From Candidatus Undinarchaeales archaeon (GTDB lineage: Archaea > SpSt-1190 > JASMDC01), in NCBI GenBank assembly GCA_030753015.1, contig JASMDC010000047.1:1-26847 (forward strand): a stretch of 26,847 bases of DNA. Direction: 5' to 3'. The position numbers and the translations under genes are program-made. Under the pieces are notes generated by a model. That model was given only the letters and a program-made list of their open reading frames with translations. It searched no databases and was not told the DNA's origin. Below, in pieces: positions 24,880-26,847 of the stretch (position 1 is the first letter of the stretch; each line of letters begins with the position of its first letter).

Positions 24880-26847
24880 ATGGGGGGACTGACCGATGCG
24901 AACACCGATGTCCCAATAGGGGCGAACAGACCACGCCTAACGCTCCTTTTGCTGCTCGTGTTCCTTGTGGTGGCCCAGCCCGCTCTTGGTGCCGATGACG
25001 AGATAATCCTCGACACCCTCCCCTTTGTAGTACGCATCGCTCTCGTCCTCCTCTGGGCAGCGGTGTTCTACGTCGTTTTCCTGTACTGTGGTGTGCTCTA
25101 TGAGAGCGTTCGCTCACCCGACATCCCGATCCTCTGTGCTGGAACCCTGCTCTTCGTCCTGGGTCTCCTCATGCTCCAGACGGGGATGCTGGCGACACCT
25201 CCCTATATTATGGAACGCCTTCTTGAGGTGCTCCCTCCCCATATCTATGTCCTCAAGATGGTGCTCCTCCTTGCGATCATCGGGCTCACGCTCATGTTCC
25301 TTCGGGAGTGGGCTCGTGTGTTCATGGTCGCACCGATCCTCGATGAGCCGGGCTATATCCCATACGCCGCCGCGTCCGCCTCGCTCCTCATCAACGCGAT
25401 CGCCATCATGCTCCCCTACGTCTACAATCCCGTGATCCAGATACACGAGCGGATTCTGTTGTTCCCTGTGGTGGGTGGCGGTCTGTTCATCATCCTGGCC
25501 GGGTACTACACCTTGACAGGTCTCCTCGTTGCAAGGGAGACCCCGGTCCTTCGACGCTTCATATGGATCATCGCGGAAACGACGCTCATGACCGTGTTCC
25601 TCATCCTCTTCCTAACTGAAACGCTCTGGGTCCCTGCTAACCTCCGCGGAGTGGTCTTCCCCCACACGATCTTCTACTCATACGTGGGGTTCGCCCTCAT
25701 TCTCATCGGTTACGTCCTCAAGGTACGCTCCCTGGTCGCCTTCTCGAGCACGTTCATCGCACGGGAGGTCGCACGTTCCACAGGCACCAAGGGTGATACG
25801 ACCTTGTTCTGCAGGGTGATGGACCGCCTCGTGGACTACTTCGAGGACGTGCCTGCCCTTCTTGATGCTTTGAAGAAGGTGGGCGTCAGGACCTATCTCA
25901 CCTTCCGCCCGGCGGACCGGAGGTTCACGTACACCGGTCACGACCTTACTTCCTTCGAGATGGAGGAGGTCTTCACTAAGGCCTTCTTCGCATCGATCGA
26001 GCTCGCGACATCCTCCCATCCTCCGGTAACGCGAGGGGAGGTGGACGAGGACCGGCTCAAGGCTGATATCACCGATCATCTCGGTGATGACATCCGTGAC
26101 GTACCGCTCAGAGTGCGCTCCTACCTTCTCCCTGAGACGAAGCTCATGGAGCTCACAGTAACCGATACTATGAAGAAACTCCTAGAGATCCTGAGCCTGA
26201 CAAAGGGGATGTCCGGGGTTCTCATGAGGAGCCTTGGCCCCGCGTTCCCCCGGGGGACCTTCTCTCTGGAGGACGAGTTCATCACTTTCGATCCCGCTCA
26301 CATGCGTGAGCATATCCTCAGTAACAGCAGGACCGAGGATGACTTCGAACAGGGGCTCTCAACGGCCTATCTAAGATTCTACCGTATCGTCCTCACCAAA
26401 GGCCGGGGCCTTCTGAGCATAGACCGTCTCAGGTCGATCCTTGAGACCGTTGTCTCTCCGTACTCCACCGATAAGCTCTACGCCGCGACCGGTATCCCGT
26501 CCCTCCTCGCGAACGGCCTGTTCGCAAAGGATCATCCATGGGGCTACACCGAGCTCGACGAGGCTGCAGGAAGAATACAGAACAACTTCGCCGTGCTCCT
26601 GGCCCATACTCCGGACTTCCCCAAGGAGGACTTCCTCTCCCGGTTCATCTCGGGGAACATCAACGAGTATCGCAACGTCATCCTCGTGTCCCATATCAAG
26701 CCAGCAGTGCTCACCACGATGCTCGGGCCCGAGCTGGAAGCAGAGCAGCTCATGGACGAGGACCGGTTATGCATGCTGCTGCTCGATCCCAACCAGGAGG
26801 ACATGGTCACGGAGCGCAAGAACGTTGTTAGGATCAACACGTCCTTC
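24880..26847 (+). CDS. Signal peptide + 7TM membrane protein fused to a degenerate KaiC/RAD55-like domain (3' truncated)
   Basis: Translated by hand: 656 codons with no stop, to the window end (not in the ORF track). Signal peptide RPRLTLLLLLVFLVVAQPALG, seven hydrophobic helices (about 25015-25725), a soluble region, then HPWGYTELDEAAG..AVLLAHTPDFPKEDFLSRFI..NVILVS. Confidence 0.8.
   Translation, partial: MGGLTDANTDVPIGANRPRLTLLLLLVFLVVAQPALGADDEIILDTLPFVVRIALVLLWAAVFYVVFLYCGVLYESVRSPDIPILCAGTLLFVLGLLMLQTGMLATPPYIMERLLEVLPPHIYVLKMVLLLAIIGLTLMFLREWARVFMVAPILDEPGYIPYAAASASLLINAIAIMLPYVYNPVIQIHERILLFPVVGGGLFIILAGYYTLTGLLVARETPVLRRFIWIIAETTLMTVFLILFLTETLWVPANLRGVVFPHTIFYSYVGFALILIGYVLKVRSLVAFSSTFIAREVARSTGTKGDTTLFCRVMDRLVDYFEDVPALLDALKKVGVRTYLTFRPADRRFTYTGHDLTSFEMEEVFTKAFFASIELATSSHPPVTRGEVDEDRLKADITDHLGDDIRDVPLRVRSYLLPETKLMELTVTDTMKKLLEILSLTKGMSGVLMRSLGPAFPRGTFSLEDEFITFDPAHMREHILSNSRTEDDFEQGLSTAYLRFYRIVLTKGRGLLSIDRLRSILETVVSPYSTDKLYAATGIPSLLANGLFAKDHPWGYTELDEAAGRIQNNFAVLLAHTPDFPKEDFLSRFISGNINEYRNVILVSHIKPAVLTTMLGPELEAEQLMDEDRLCMLLLDPNQEDMVTERKNVVRINTSF

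Noticed and set aside
25015-25725. 7TM domain as a microbial rhodopsin
   Set aside because: Helix 7 (IFYSYVGFALILIGYVLK) has no mid-helix DxxxK or SxxxK retinal-binding lysine, and helix 3 lacks the RYxDW-type motif.

Overview
GC-rich archaeal chromosomal window. The centre-right (10.8-24.7 kb, minus strand) is the conserved transcription/translation superoperon: tRNA-Asp (16-nt BHB intron), tRNA-Lys, rpoB'', rpoB', rpoA', rpoA'', L30e, nusA, S12, S7, EF-2, EF-1alpha, S10. There is no intact rpoH in its usual place, and RpoA'' and S7 carry long repeat-encoded Lys-rich N-terminal extensions. Split A and B subunits and an EF-1alpha without the TACK/eukaryote GEFEAG insert point to a non-TACK archaeon; DPANN-like is my inference. 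The left 10.8 kb is accessory and envelope-related: a 5'-truncated membrane protein with a (KKxxP)n tail and three thioredoxin/DsbA domains (CPYC, CPYS, CPYS), a tandem OB-fold protein, a surface protein with a Q/Y/G-rich tail, a coiled-coil protein, a Tat metallophosphoesterase, an NPP-like phosphodiesterase, an internally duplicated membrane protein, and a lipoprotein-type Cys-rich MEMO1-AMMECR1 fusion. The right end holds a 3'-truncated ORF missing from the supplied ORF track: signal peptide, 7 TM helices and a degenerate KaiC/RecA-like domain. No CRISPR array or mobile element was seen. All calls come from reading motifs by eye; no searches were run.
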